The notes beneath the pieces were generated by a model. It ran no database searches. It saw only the letters and a program-made list of their open reading frames with translations, and was not told where the DNA came from. The position numbers and the translations under genes are program-made. Source: an uncultured Roseburia sp. (GTDB lineage Bacteria; Bacillota; Clostridia; Lachnospirales; Lachnospiraceae). From it: a DNA stretch of 64,000 bases. Location: positions 14,454-78,453 of the forward strand of contig CAYPIB010000001.1 in NCBI GenBank assembly GCA_964410675.1, read 5' to 3'. This document shows, piece by piece, positions 9,187 to 18,866 of this stretch. The first letter of the stretch is position 1. Every line of letters starts with the position of its first letter.

Positions 9187-9717
9187 TTATTTATTCCCAG
9201 AATAAAATTCATTAAATTCCCCTGCCGTATCTTTTGCAGCAGTTGTAAATCCTTTTTTAAGAGGCTCCACATTATCTTTAATCGTAGATACTAAAAAAAC
9301 ATAGCTTCCGCTTTCTACGACAAAGCTTTCATCAGGCATGACACAAATCCAGCGTCCCGAGTCAAAACCAGTTGCGATTAATTCTTTTACTTTGACTGCT
9401 GCATTAAAATCCTTACATTTAATAACTGCTGTTAAATGCGGTGTTGTTGTCATCGCAGCATTGGAAGCAAATGCATCCGTAACGAATTCATTAAACTCCT
9501 CTGCTGTCAGACCAAGATAGCTTGTACAAGTTTCTTCTGTAACCGGATCATCAAAGGTCATCCCAAGCTCTAAACCGGATTCCTTCATAATCTCGGCATG
9601 CACCTCCTGGGCAGAACCGGTAAACTGATCCTCCTTCGCCTTTTGATTCTGACATCCCACTAATAAAAATGTTATTGCTAACACCATTAAACTTACTACA
9701 TGAATTGACTTTTTCAT
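9187..9717 (-). CDS. Lipoprotein, DUF4358-like
   Basis: Signal peptide with lipobox LLVGC. Its size and position upstream of the MBOAT/DHHW pair fit the recurrent DUF4358 association (from memory). Confidence 0.6.
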   Translation of the reverse strand: MKKSIHVVSLMVLAITFLLVGCQNQKAKEDQFTGSAQEVHAEIMKESGLELGMTFDDPVTEETCTSYLGLTAEEFNEFVTDAFASNAAMTTTPHLTAVIKCKDFNAAVKVKELIATGFDSGRWICVMPDESFVVESGSYVFLVSTIKDNVEPLKKGFTTAAKDTAGEFNEFYSGNK

Positions 9718-9894
9718 ACTACCTCCGTTCTGCTGCTTAAATTTATTAAAATATGCTTCTATTATAATTCAAATAAATTCTACACTCAATACCTTCATTT
9801 TAATTATCATTACTTTTTCTTTTATTATTATTCATAATTATATTTATCTGTGTTATAATTATAAATATTTTTGGATGAATAGGGGATTATTAAA

Positions 9895-10968
9895 ATGCGT
9901 CAAAAAAAAGAAAAAATTTTAATGTATATATTAATTATTACAATTTTTTTATTTTGTTTTTATATAATGGAAACAAGATATAAATTTTCATTTATAACTT
10001 GTATTTTCATGGTTTTATCATTGGAAATAAGTTTATATATTACAGAAATAGGAACGCTTATTTTTAAACTTTTAAGTGGATATGAATTTTCTTATATTCG
10101 CTTTTATAAATTATTACTTATTAAGAAAAACGGTAAATTTTACTTTAAAATAGTTTCTCCAAAAGTACTACCCTACATAACCTTTTCAGTCCCTCCTGCT
10201 CCGTTCAATCGACCTAAACTAAATTTTTGTTTACAATATAGCGGATATATCGCTAATTTAATATTTTCAATATTCTTTTTATTTTTACATTTAATAAACT
10301 TCGGTAAATATTATACCGGGATGTTTTTTTGGGGTCTTACTGTTTCTAATTTTCTTTTTGTTTTTTTGGGATTTATTCTTTTATTTATAAACAAGAAAAA
10401 TAAATTTGATTATAGCATGTGGATTTATTTGCAAATTTACTACCAAGCATTAAATGGTGTAAGATATAAAAATATGCCGCCTGAATGGTTTTCTATTCCT
10501 CAAGGCAACAATTTAAATAATACTGTTGAGGCTGTTAATTCTGTATTCACACTTAACCGTATGATAGATGAATTTAATTTTAAAGAGGCTGGTGAAATAG
10601 GTTCCTATATACTTAGTCAATCTAATGCACTGAGTCAGAATATAATTTTAATTATTAAAATGGAACTGGCTTTCATAGATATCATCGCGGGAACTTACAC
10701 AACTAATATACACTTATATATTAAAAATAATATGAATCATTTATTAAATAATTCTTCTTTGGCTCCTAGTTCATACCGACTGCTATATGCTTACGAGCTC
10801 CTCGTAAATAATAACGAGCCTGCTGCAAATAGGTATCTTTATTATTTCGATAACGCAATAAAGAAGTATCCTTTTCTCGGTGAAGCAGAAACCGAGCTTG
10901 AACTGATTTCTTATATTCATCAAAAACACCATGAAAAACACCTTACTTTATCCCTGCCAAGGTCCTGA
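9895..10968 (+). CDS. Polytopic membrane protein with a C-terminal helical soluble domain, possibly a degenerate M50-like pseudo-protease
   Basis: Multiple TM segments. TEIGTLIFKLLSG resembles the HExGH-x7-G block of site-2 proteases, with both His replaced by Thr. SD AGGGGA precedes the ATG. Confidence 0.55.
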   Translation: MRQKKEKILMYILIITIFLFCFYIMETRYKFSFITCIFMVLSLEISLYITEIGTLIFKLLSGYEFSYIRFYKLLLIKKNGKFYFKIVSPKVLPYITFSVPPAPFNRPKLNFCLQYSGYIANLIFSIFFLFLHLINFGKYYTGMFFWGLTVSNFLFVFLGFILLFINKKNKFDYSMWIYLQIYYQALNGVRYKNMPPEWFSIPQGNNLNNTVEAVNSVFTLNRMIDEFNFKEAGEIGSYILSQSNALSQNIILIIKMELAFIDIIAGTYTTNIHLYIKNNMNHLLNNSSLAPSSYRLLYAYELLVNNNEPAANRYLYYFDNAIKKYPFLGEAETELELISYIHQKHHEKHLTLSLPRS

Positions 10969-11992
10969 CTCCAGGGATTCTTTTCACAATTTCATAGCAT
11001 AAAAATGTCAGTAAGATACTGCCGCACATAATTAAAATAACTTGAAGAAAAACAATATTCACAGCTTGTACAATAAAATAAGCAAGTGCAACAAGAATTG
11101 ACTGATGAAAAATATAGATGGGATACGATGCTGAATTTAAATATTTTGTTACTTTATTTTGAAAATTCAAATATTTTCTTCCCATCAGTAAAAGACTTAA
11201 AATGCCCATCCATCCAACAAAATTTACAAGCAAATCACCATAATAAGAAAATTTAAAATACGCAGCTACTAATACTGCCTCTGCTATAAAGAAAACAATA
11301 TAAATTATTATTTTAGATTTTTCCAGTTTCTTTATAATCTCGTCATTACTTAAAACATAATATCCCAGAAGATATAGTACAAGGTTTTTCCCGAGACTAA
11401 AACCGCCGAAATTACCAATAAAATACATTCCCCACACTAGCAAAAACATTCCACAAATCACAATATTGGGAAACTTCTCAATATGCCTGCTAACTTTTTT
11501 ATATGCAATTTTTCTTGTAATAACAAGGCTAAAAGTAGAGACAAGGAACAAAAACAATATAAACCACAAATGGCCCGGCGAAAAGCCGCCATCATATCCA
11601 CTAAAATCCGTCAAATGAGTGAAGAAATATAAAAGATTTTCTAAAAAGCTTCCTTCATAAGAAAAGAAAAACTTTCTGGCATAAAGTGTCTGAATCGGAA
11701 CGAGAAAAATAAGTCCGGCAATAAATGGAATGAGCAATTTCTTTACCCGTTCAGCTATGAACTCCCTTTGAGTTCGTTTTTCAAGTGCATATCTCGCACA
11801 CATCCCGGCTATCACAAACAAAATCGGCATAAACCAAGGATTTACAATGACGATGAAAGTACTAAGCAACCTGTTACCTCCCGGCCAGACATAAAACTTA
11901 GTGCCAAAATCATTGTAGACCATAAATGTATGTACCGGGAATAAAAGCATAATCATAAATATCCTTAAATTATCCAAATAAAATTTACGCAT
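10943..11992 (-). CDS. Acyltransferase family 3 (OatA-like) integral membrane protein
   Basis: N-terminus MRKFYLDNLRIFMIMLLFPVHT is typical of acyltransferase_3, with about 10 TM segments. The ATG at 11992 follows GGAAGGA. The track ORF extends to 12028. Confidence 0.85.
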   Translation of the reverse strand: MRKFYLDNLRIFMIMLLFPVHTFMVYNDFGTKFYVWPGGNRLLSTFIVIVNPWFMPILFVIAGMCARYALEKRTQREFIAERVKKLLIPFIAGLIFLVPIQTLYARKFFFSYEGSFLENLLYFFTHLTDFSGYDGGFSPGHLWFILFLFLVSTFSLVITRKIAYKKVSRHIEKFPNIVICGMFLLVWGMYFIGNFGGFSLGKNLVLYLLGYYVLSNDEIIKKLEKSKIIIYIVFFIAEAVLVAAYFKFSYYGDLLVNFVGWMGILSLLLMGRKYLNFQNKVTKYLNSASYPIYIFHQSILVALAYFIVQAVNIVFLQVILIMCGSILLTFLCYEIVKRIPGVRTLAGIK

Positions 11993-12009
11993 GTATATTT
12001 CCTTCCCAT

Positions 12010-14379
12010 CTAGTTTTGCAATACCCACTGCATTCGTCTAACCATTGTCCGAATCCGACTTTCATTCTGAATAACATACTGCCTTGTCTGTTTTAGAACT
12101 TGTGATACAAGGAGGCTCTCTTTTTCGCTTATTTCAAAATCAGAATACCGCGCTTTCATAAATACAGAAAAGCAGTCTGTAAAAGCTATTTTTGTCTCTC
12201 TTTCTAAGCCTTTTACTTGGCTGATCATAGTTGTAACTGTTTCATTTTGCTTAAAATGATAGTGTAAAGCAAGCAAGTAAAAAAGCAGTTCCTTCATATC
12301 CATTCTAATTCTTTCTCTGACATCTGACTTACTATATTTTCTTTTTCTACGTTCTATCTTAAAGATAAAAACAGAAAAACCAATCAAGACACCACCTAAC
12401 AATGCAATTACTGCTGCATTAACCGCCCATGCCGGACTTTTTCTTTCTGTCTCTTCTCCTGTAACATCGGTAGAATCAATTGGCTGTACATTTATTTGTG
12501 GTGTTGTATCATAAGTCTGTCCATTTGCACCCTCGATATTAGTTTGTGTCGACCAGTTGCCATGACTGCCTCCGTACCCCGGTGTCGCCTCCATAACAAT
12601 CCAGCCAAACCCGTTTAGATATACCTCTGTCCACGAATGTGCATTGCTGCCTAAAACTGCATAGTTCCCTTTACTGTCCGGTTTTATTAAAAAGCCTTCT
12701 ACATATCGGGAAGGAATCCCAATACAGCGGCTCATGACTGCCATGGCGGAAGCGAAATATGTACAATACCCTTTCTGTCCATCAAATAAAAAATAATCCA
12801 CAAAATCCTTATCCTTTGGTACACCACCTGGGTTTAGTGTATAAGGATACTGCCGCAAATATGCTTGAATCGCAAGCAGCTTATCATAATCGTTTTGGCA
12901 GTCCTTTGTTACTTGGGCCGCAAGCTCATAAATCCGCTTAGGTAAATTTTCCGGCAAATCCAAGTACTGTTTTTCAATATTTTCTTGCCTGTTTTTTATT
13001 TTATCAGCAAATTCGGTAGAGAAATATTTTTTCTGGATATGTGATGTTTGAAAGTATTGCTTAAATAATGTTTCAATCTCATTCGCTTCCCATACATCAG
13101 GATTTAACGTTTTATCATTTACTTCCTCTCGGTCTTCAGACCGTAAATATTCCTGTAATGCCGGATGATTTATATTCCACTCTAAAAAGTTAACATCATA
13201 TTCAGTATTTCTTTTTATAGATTTTTTAAATAAATAATTTCCATTAGAAAACTCATGTTCCCCATCTGTCGCTTTTAATCTTATATAACGGCTGTTTACC
13301 GGATAAAATATTGTTTTTGTTCTGAATCCGTCAAAAGTAACGGTTAAATTCAGACTGCTGCATAAATCGATGTTTTCTACTGCTTTACATTCACTCAAAT
13401 ACAAATAATAGATCCGTTCCATTAAATCCATGCTATAATCACTATCTTTCACAAAATCCTCATCACTATATATCCACTTTCTTCCTGAATATAAATCCTT
13501 TACAGCTCCTCTTATATAAACCGGTTCTTTATTTTTTTTACTTTGCTTAATAAAGAACATAGTTTCGTCAACATCTCCCCCCAGTCCGCCATCACCTTCT
13601 TCAAAGCCAAGGCTTTTTAAAGAGTATAAATCATCCTCACCATTATGCTGTATCCAATAGGAAAACTCCTCAAAAAAGCTATAAACTTCCGCCGCTGCAG
13701 CTTTTACACCCTTCCATTCTATCGGTTCCTTTGAAGCTGGAAATACGGCAGCAATCAATGCAAATATAACAACAATTGGAACTAATAGTATTGCCGCATT
13801 ACGATACTCTTCCCCCTTATTTTGATTACAATAATGATGTGACAGTTCTGTCATAACCGAACCAAAATATAATAAGAAAATACCTGCGGTTAATTTGGGA
13901 ACAGTTATTTCTAAAAAAACAGTTCTTATTAAAATAAAGCCAAAAAACAAAACCGTAAAAGCTCTTGTTTTCATATTTAAGCTTAATAAATAAAACCCAA
14001 TACTTGCAATCAGACAAAGCACTGCAATTACAAGCAAGCAATAGAAAGAGTTTATTTCTTCAATTTTATTTAAATAGTCTAAAAACCATTGGTACACTTT
14101 GTTTATTTGATTGCTATACGAAAAACCTTTCAGCTTGCCTATCATAAAAAATACCGCCGTCACTATAACAATCATAACGAACATAAAAGATTTGTTTTTA
14201 GAAGTTTGAAACAATAAAATTCCTGATGTAAAAATAATACACAAAAATAATATAATGAACAGATTAATTTCCAGCTTAAAATACGTATTACACGCATACA
14301 CAAAGCCTGCCGATGCCAAAACACTAAGGAAACCATGATACAATTGTCTCAATTTTTTACTTTCTAACCACTGAATCAT
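12010..14379 (-). CDS. Transglutaminase-domain membrane protein (B. subtilis YebA-like)
   Basis: N-terminal TM cluster. Transglutaminase core GYCTYFASAMAVMSRCIGIPSRYVEGF .. HSWTEVY .. MEATPG (a Cys-His-Asp-type triad), and a C-terminal TM segment. Confidence 0.88.
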   Translation of the reverse strand: MIQWLESKKLRQLYHGFLSVLASAGFVYACNTYFKLEINLFIILFLCIIFTSGILLFQTSKNKSFMFVMIVIVTAVFFMIGKLKGFSYSNQINKVYQWFLDYLNKIEEINSFYCLLVIAVLCLIASIGFYLLSLNMKTRAFTVLFFGFILIRTVFLEITVPKLTAGIFLLYFGSVMTELSHHYCNQNKGEEYRNAAILLVPIVVIFALIAAVFPASKEPIEWKGVKAAAAEVYSFFEEFSYWIQHNGEDDLYSLKSLGFEEGDGGLGGDVDETMFFIKQSKKNKEPVYIRGAVKDLYSGRKWIYSDEDFVKDSDYSMDLMERIYYLYLSECKAVENIDLCSSLNLTVTFDGFRTKTIFYPVNSRYIRLKATDGEHEFSNGNYLFKKSIKRNTEYDVNFLEWNINHPALQEYLRSEDREEVNDKTLNPDVWEANEIETLFKQYFQTSHIQKKYFSTEFADKIKNRQENIEKQYLDLPENLPKRIYELAAQVTKDCQNDYDKLLAIQAYLRQYPYTLNPGGVPKDKDFVDYFLFDGQKGYCTYFASAMAVMSRCIGIPSRYVEGFLIKPDSKGNYAVLGSNAHSWTEVYLNGFGWIVMEATPGYGGSHGNWSTQTNIEGANGQTYDTTPQINVQPIDSTDVTGEETERKSPAWAVNAAVIALLGGVLIGFSVFIFKIERRKRKYSKSDVRERIRMDMKELLFYLLALHYHFKQNETVTTMISQVKGLERETKIAFTDCFSVFMKARYSDFEISEKESLLVSQVLKQTRQYVIQNESRIRTMVRRMQWVLQN

Positions 14380-14388
14380 AATCTTCTC

Positions 14389-15573
14389 CTAACTATGCGC
14401 CGTTAAACGCTCCTTTACTTCTTCGTCCATTGCAATTTCTAAAATACGAATTTCTGTTTTTTTAATCAGTCTTAAAATATCTTCATTTCTTTCTTCCATC
14501 AAATAATAGACATAAATAATTGCAACATCCTGCCCCATATCTTTTAGATGGGCAAGGCTTTGATATAATTGACTCGTTAAACTATGGGTAATGACAAGGA
14601 TTGAATTATCTGTATACATACCTTTTTTACTGTCAAGCAATTCTCCTGCTGATACATCGGCACGAAAGTTAAGAGAAAAAGTACTTTCATAAAATCTTTG
14701 AAACTCCCTCAAATTCGAAATTTTCTCAGATATCGTTTGGGCCTGCATATAATTCAAGCTGCATGTCATGCCCTTAACACAATAAAAGTTCACTATTGCA
14801 ATCATAATTTCAAGTATTTTATCTTCTACAATAATTTTTTGACTTTCGCTTCCAAGGACTGGAGTAAATTCAGTATATATCTGAACCTCCGGCTCCGGAA
14901 TCTGGATATATTTTCTTGTCATCCACTCATTTCTCTTTGCTGAAGCTTTCCAATGAATCCTTTTTATACTATCGCCCCTGACATAATTTCTGACTTCCAT
15001 ATCAGGCTCATCATCACCACTCTTAGGAAAGAAGTGGATTTTATAATCGGAATCCGGAAACATGAGCGGAAACGTATCTATTTCTATAATTCTTGGCAAA
15101 ACCTGAATTGATAACTTCTCTTTAATTTTATAAGTCGTGCGAAATAAATATAAAAAATCAATAATTTCCACGGATTTTACACCAACATTATATTCTCCTC
15201 TATAATCACATGAAATTCTTGTTTTTACATCTATCTTCTGTTTTGGAAATAAGCAATATTCTTTCTTTTCATCGAGTTGGAATATTTTAGAATGATCATG
15301 AAAAAAATTAACTTTTATACTTTCAAATAATATAAATCCTTCATTCGCTAAATGAAAACCATATTCTGTCGTTTCACCTTTTACAATCTTTTTATTTTGC
15401 GTATATTGATACACTTTAAATGTTAAAAAAACAAAATTAGAATAACATAATGCCAATACCGGAATACATAAAGAAAAGTAAAAAAGTGCATATGAAATAG
15501 TGCCACCATAATTGCTGACTAAGATTCCACTCGCTATGATAAAGGCTGCTGCAAGTACCCTGTTTTTCCACAT
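14389..15573 (-). CDS. DUF58 domain protein
   Basis: Motif VRNYVRGDSIKRIHWKASAK, N-terminal TM helices, and a position between the MoxR ATPase and the transglutaminase gene. Confidence 0.85.
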   Translation of the reverse strand: MWKNRVLAAAFIIASGILVSNYGGTISYALFYFSLCIPVLALCYSNFVFLTFKVYQYTQNKKIVKGETTEYGFHLANEGFILFESIKVNFFHDHSKIFQLDEKKEYCLFPKQKIDVKTRISCDYRGEYNVGVKSVEIIDFLYLFRTTYKIKEKLSIQVLPRIIEIDTFPLMFPDSDYKIHFFPKSGDDEPDMEVRNYVRGDSIKRIHWKASAKRNEWMTRKYIQIPEPEVQIYTEFTPVLGSESQKIIVEDKILEIMIAIVNFYCVKGMTCSLNYMQAQTISEKISNLREFQRFYESTFSLNFRADVSAGELLDSKKGMYTDNSILVITHSLTSQLYQSLAHLKDMGQDVAIIYVYYLMEERNEDILRLIKKTEIRILEIAMDEEVKERLTAHS

Positions 15574-15588
15574 AATTAAATCCTCACT

Positions 15589-16518
15589 TTAAAAAACAGG
15601 AGTCTTTATCTTGTTTAAGATACCCGTTAAAATTCCTTCTACCGTTTGTTTGTTTAATAGTGCTTCGGAAGATATCATTAATCTGTGCGTTAGTATTGGC
15701 TTGACAACAAGTAAGATGTCCTCCGGTATGACAAAATCTCTTCCGCTCATATATGCTGCCGCCTGAGCCCCCCGAGTCAGACAAAGCATTGCTCTGGGAC
15801 TTGCACCAAGAACCAAGTCAGAACTTTCTCTTGTCCTTTTGATAATCGTAACAATATATTGAATTAAATCTTTATGTACTTGTATTTGGGAAACTTCCTC
15901 CTGCATTTTTAGAACTTCTTCCTCTGTAACAACCGGTAGAATTTCTTTCCACTTAGCCGAGGATAAAAAGCGGTGTATCATCTCCTTTTCTTCCTCTTCT
16001 TTTGGATATCCAATCGAAAGTCTCATAAAAAAACGATCCATCTGCGCTTCCGGCAATCGATATGTTCCCATATATTCTATTGGGTTCTGAGTTGCAATAA
16101 TCATAAACGGCTTAGGAATTTCATGCGTCTTTCCGTCTACGGTAACCTGTCCTTCTTCCATTGCCTCTAATAAGCTTGCCTGAGTCTTTGGAGATGTTCT
16201 GTTAATCTCATCTGCAAGCACTATATTATTCATGACCGCACCCTTTATAAATTCAAATTTTCCCGTATGCATATTATAAATAGAAGTTCCTGTAATATCA
16301 CTCGGAAGCGTATCCGGTGTAAACTGAATTCTATTGAAGCTGCATCCGACAGTATTCGCAAGTGCCACGGCAAGTGTAGTTTTTCCAACTCCCGGTACGT
16401 CCTCTAATAAAACATGACCCTTTGCAAGCAGTGAAATTAATACCCTGTTAATTACGTCTGGCTTTCCAACCAAAACCTTTTCCATATTCCGCTTCATTTT
16501 GTCAATATTATTTCTCAT
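15589..16518 (-). CDS. MoxR-family AAA+ ATPase
   Basis: Walker A GVGKTTLA, Walker B LADEINR, and ATQNPIE..GTYRLPEAQMDRF. I prefer the ATG at 16518. The track ORF starts at a TTG at 16551 with no SD. Confidence 0.92.
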   Translation of the reverse strand: MRNNIDKMKRNMEKVLVGKPDVINRVLISLLAKGHVLLEDVPGVGKTTLAVALANTVGCSFNRIQFTPDTLPSDITGTSIYNMHTGKFEFIKGAVMNNIVLADEINRTSPKTQASLLEAMEEGQVTVDGKTHEIPKPFMIIATQNPIEYMGTYRLPEAQMDRFFMRLSIGYPKEEEEKEMIHRFLSSAKWKEILPVVTEEEVLKMQEEVSQIQVHKDLIQYIVTIIKRTRESSDLVLGASPRAMLCLTRGAQAAAYMSGRDFVIPEDILLVVKPILTHRLMISSEALLNKQTVEGILTGILNKIKTPVF

Positions 16519-16678
16519 CTCCCATATTTCCCTTCTCTTTTTTACAAGCAATTAGTTTATTATAGCATAAATGCGTACATAGAAAAATAAATCTTTGTTA
16601 CTTTTTATTGTTTTACCGCACCAAATTAAGTATAATAAATTTAACTATTTACCAAATCAAAATAGAATGAGGATACCT

Positions 16679-17578
16679 ATGAAAATTAACCGACTGTTTG
16701 AAATTGTATATATTCTGCTTCATAAAAAAACAATGACTGCCAAGGAGCTTGCCGAGCGATTTGAAGTTTCCACGCGAACCATATATCGTGATATTGAGAC
16801 TTTGTCCATGGCCGGTATACCTGTCTATATGTCCGCAGGCAAAGGCGGCGGAATATCCATTATGGATGATTTTGTATTAAATAAGGCTCTTCTGACCGAT
16901 TCGGAAAAATCAGATATCCTCTCTTCCCTGCGGGCTGTAAATGCCATTAATTTTAATGAGACCAATTCTGCCGTTAAAAAATTAAGCAATCTATTTGGGG
17001 ATGGAAATACTGATTGGATAGAGGTTGATTTTTCTAATTGGTACAATTCTGAGAAGGAAGCAGAAACTTTTAATATATTAAGATCAGCCATACTTTCCAA
17101 GAAAATAGTAACCTTTACATATGCAAGCCAAAAAGGCGAAAGAACAAAAAGAAAGGTTGAACCACTGAGACTTTGTTTTAAAGGAATGTCTCGTTATTTG
17201 TATGCCTTTTGTCATATGCGTCAGGATTATCGCTTTTTTAAATTAAGCCGTATCAAAGACCTTGCCATTACAACCGAAGAGGTTGAGCGCAAAGTTTTGG
17301 GCCCGATTTTTCAAAATAACAGGGCCTTTGAAAAAGAAGAATATGTCAATCTAAAATTAAAACTTTCATCCGAAATAGCCTTTCGGGTATATGATGAATT
17401 TGATTCCTACACTCTTGATGAGGATGGCAGCTTTATCGTTGAAACTATATATCCAAAGGGTGAATGGATTTTTTCGTATATAGCATCATTTGGACATCAT
17501 TGTCAAGTGCTGGAGCCTGTCGAAATCAGTGAATATGTACAGAAAGAATTGTTGAAAATATTACGTAATTATTATTAA
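16679..17578 (+). CDS. YafY-type transcriptional regulator (HTH plus WYL domain)
   Basis: N-terminus MKINRLFEIVYILLHKKTMTAKELAERFEVSTRTIYRDIETL and a WYL-like block RYLYAFCHMRQDYRFFKLSRI. The ATG at 16679 follows GAGGA. Confidence 0.88.
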   Translation: MKINRLFEIVYILLHKKTMTAKELAERFEVSTRTIYRDIETLSMAGIPVYMSAGKGGGISIMDDFVLNKALLTDSEKSDILSSLRAVNAINFNETNSAVKKLSNLFGDGNTDWIEVDFSNWYNSEKEAETFNILRSAILSKKIVTFTYASQKGERTKRKVEPLRLCFKGMSRYLYAFCHMRQDYRFFKLSRIKDLAITTEEVERKVLGPIFQNNRAFEKEEYVNLKLKLSSEIAFRVYDEFDSYTLDEDGSFIVETIYPKGEWIFSYIASFGHHCQVLEPVEISEYVQKELLKILRNYY

Positions 17579-17645
17579 TATGACATACTGTTGGCATATT
17601 ACATGACTTATAATAGCGATATCAAATATATGGAGGTATCTTATT

Positions 17646-18086
17646 ATGAATTATGAAATTGTGAATCTTGAAGAGAAAATTGTTGTCGGGCTAAGTGCAG
17701 GTACAAGTAATTCAGATCCTAGGATGGGTGAAAAAATCACGAAACTTTGGACCGAATTATGCTATGACGGTGTTAAAAATCAAATTAAAAACAAAGTAAA
17801 CGATTTTGTCATTGGACTTTATTCCGATTACAGCGGAGATTCCTATATGGTAACTGCCGGAGCTGAAGTGTCGGAATCAGCAAATAGTGATATGACAACA
17901 AAAATAATTCCTGCCGGAAAATATGCCAAATTTTCTTTCCGTGGACATATGCAAAAAGCTGTGGCAGAAGCATGGCAGGCTATTTGGAAAATGGACCTAG
18001 ACAGAAGCTATACCGGTGATTTTGAGGAATATTTAGACAACAACTGGGAAAACGGAGATATTTGCATTTATATTGCCTTAAAGTAA
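17646..18086 (+). CDS. GyrI-like small-molecule-binding domain protein
   Basis: About 146 aa with N-terminus EIVNLEEKIVVGL and the tail GDFEEY. This is a typical effector-binding protein paired with YafY regulators. Confidence 0.7.
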   Translation: MNYEIVNLEEKIVVGLSAGTSNSDPRMGEKITKLWTELCYDGVKNQIKNKVNDFVIGLYSDYSGDSYMVTAGAEVSESANSDMTTKIIPAGKYAKFSFRGHMQKAVAEAWQAIWKMDLDRSYTGDFEEYLDNNWENGDICIYIALK

Positions 18087-18171
18087 TAACATCAGCATAT
18101 ATTACTACTTTTAGAAACATTATAAAGAGCAAGCATATTATATAAGCATAAATACTATTAAGAGGTTAATT

Positions 18172-18771
18172 ATGATTAATAATATTGCTGATGGCAGAGG
18201 AACAATATCACAAAGCGGCAATATCATGCGCGTCAATAATGCTCTTGTAGAAGAAGTGTCTTCTACAAGTCGAAATACTGGTTTTTTGCTGATTTCTCAT
18301 GCAGTCCCCAGACAAAACGGCATGGTTTCCATTGAGCTTCTCAGACTAAATATAGGTAGAAATACTGTTATTACAAATACACTGGGTATGCCGATGTGTC
18401 TATGTGACATCCGCGAGGGGATGTGGATTGATAGTGTATTTTCACCAATTATGACAAGAAGCAATCCGCCGCAATCCAATGCTTTTTTAATTGCGGCAAG
18501 AAGACAAGTACAGCCCCCGTCAAATGTTACAACCGACAGAGTCGCTATGGTTGATTTCAATAATGGTTATCTATATACCGGAAATGCACATAATATAAAC
18601 CGGCAAACGAAATTTGTTATCACGAATACTACTGTTATTCTTAATCGGAATGGAATTCCAATCAGTCTTCGTTTTATTCACCCCGGACAAATGGTAAGGA
18701 TAACTCATGCTAACTTCCAAACAGCGAGTATTCCACCACAGACAACTGCCTTTTTGGTGCAGCAGCTCTAA
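18172..18771 (+). CDS. Hypothetical protein with an internal tandem duplication
   Basis: SD AAGAGG precedes the start. Two ~75-aa halves both run VITNT..G.P..L..I..G..I......T.S.PPQ..AFL. No family recognised. Confidence 0.6.
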   Translation: MINNIADGRGTISQSGNIMRVNNALVEEVSSTSRNTGFLLISHAVPRQNGMVSIELLRLNIGRNTVITNTLGMPMCLCDIREGMWIDSVFSPIMTRSNPPQSNAFLIAARRQVQPPSNVTTDRVAMVDFNNGYLYTGNAHNINRQTKFVITNTTVILNRNGIPISLRFIHPGQMVRITHANFQTASIPPQTTAFLVQQL

Positions 18772-18806
18772 ATTCATTTTATTTGTAATTTATACAATCA
18801 GAAACT

Positions 18807-18863
18807 AAGCCGCTGACAAGAATTGATTTACTTCATATCAAAATCCAATTCTTATCGCGGCTT
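18807..18863. terminator. Long hairpin between convergent genes
   Basis: AAGCCGCTGACAAGAATTG .. CAATTCTTATCGCGGCTT, followed by a T-rich sequence. Confidence 0.6.
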
Positions 18864-18866
18864 TAT

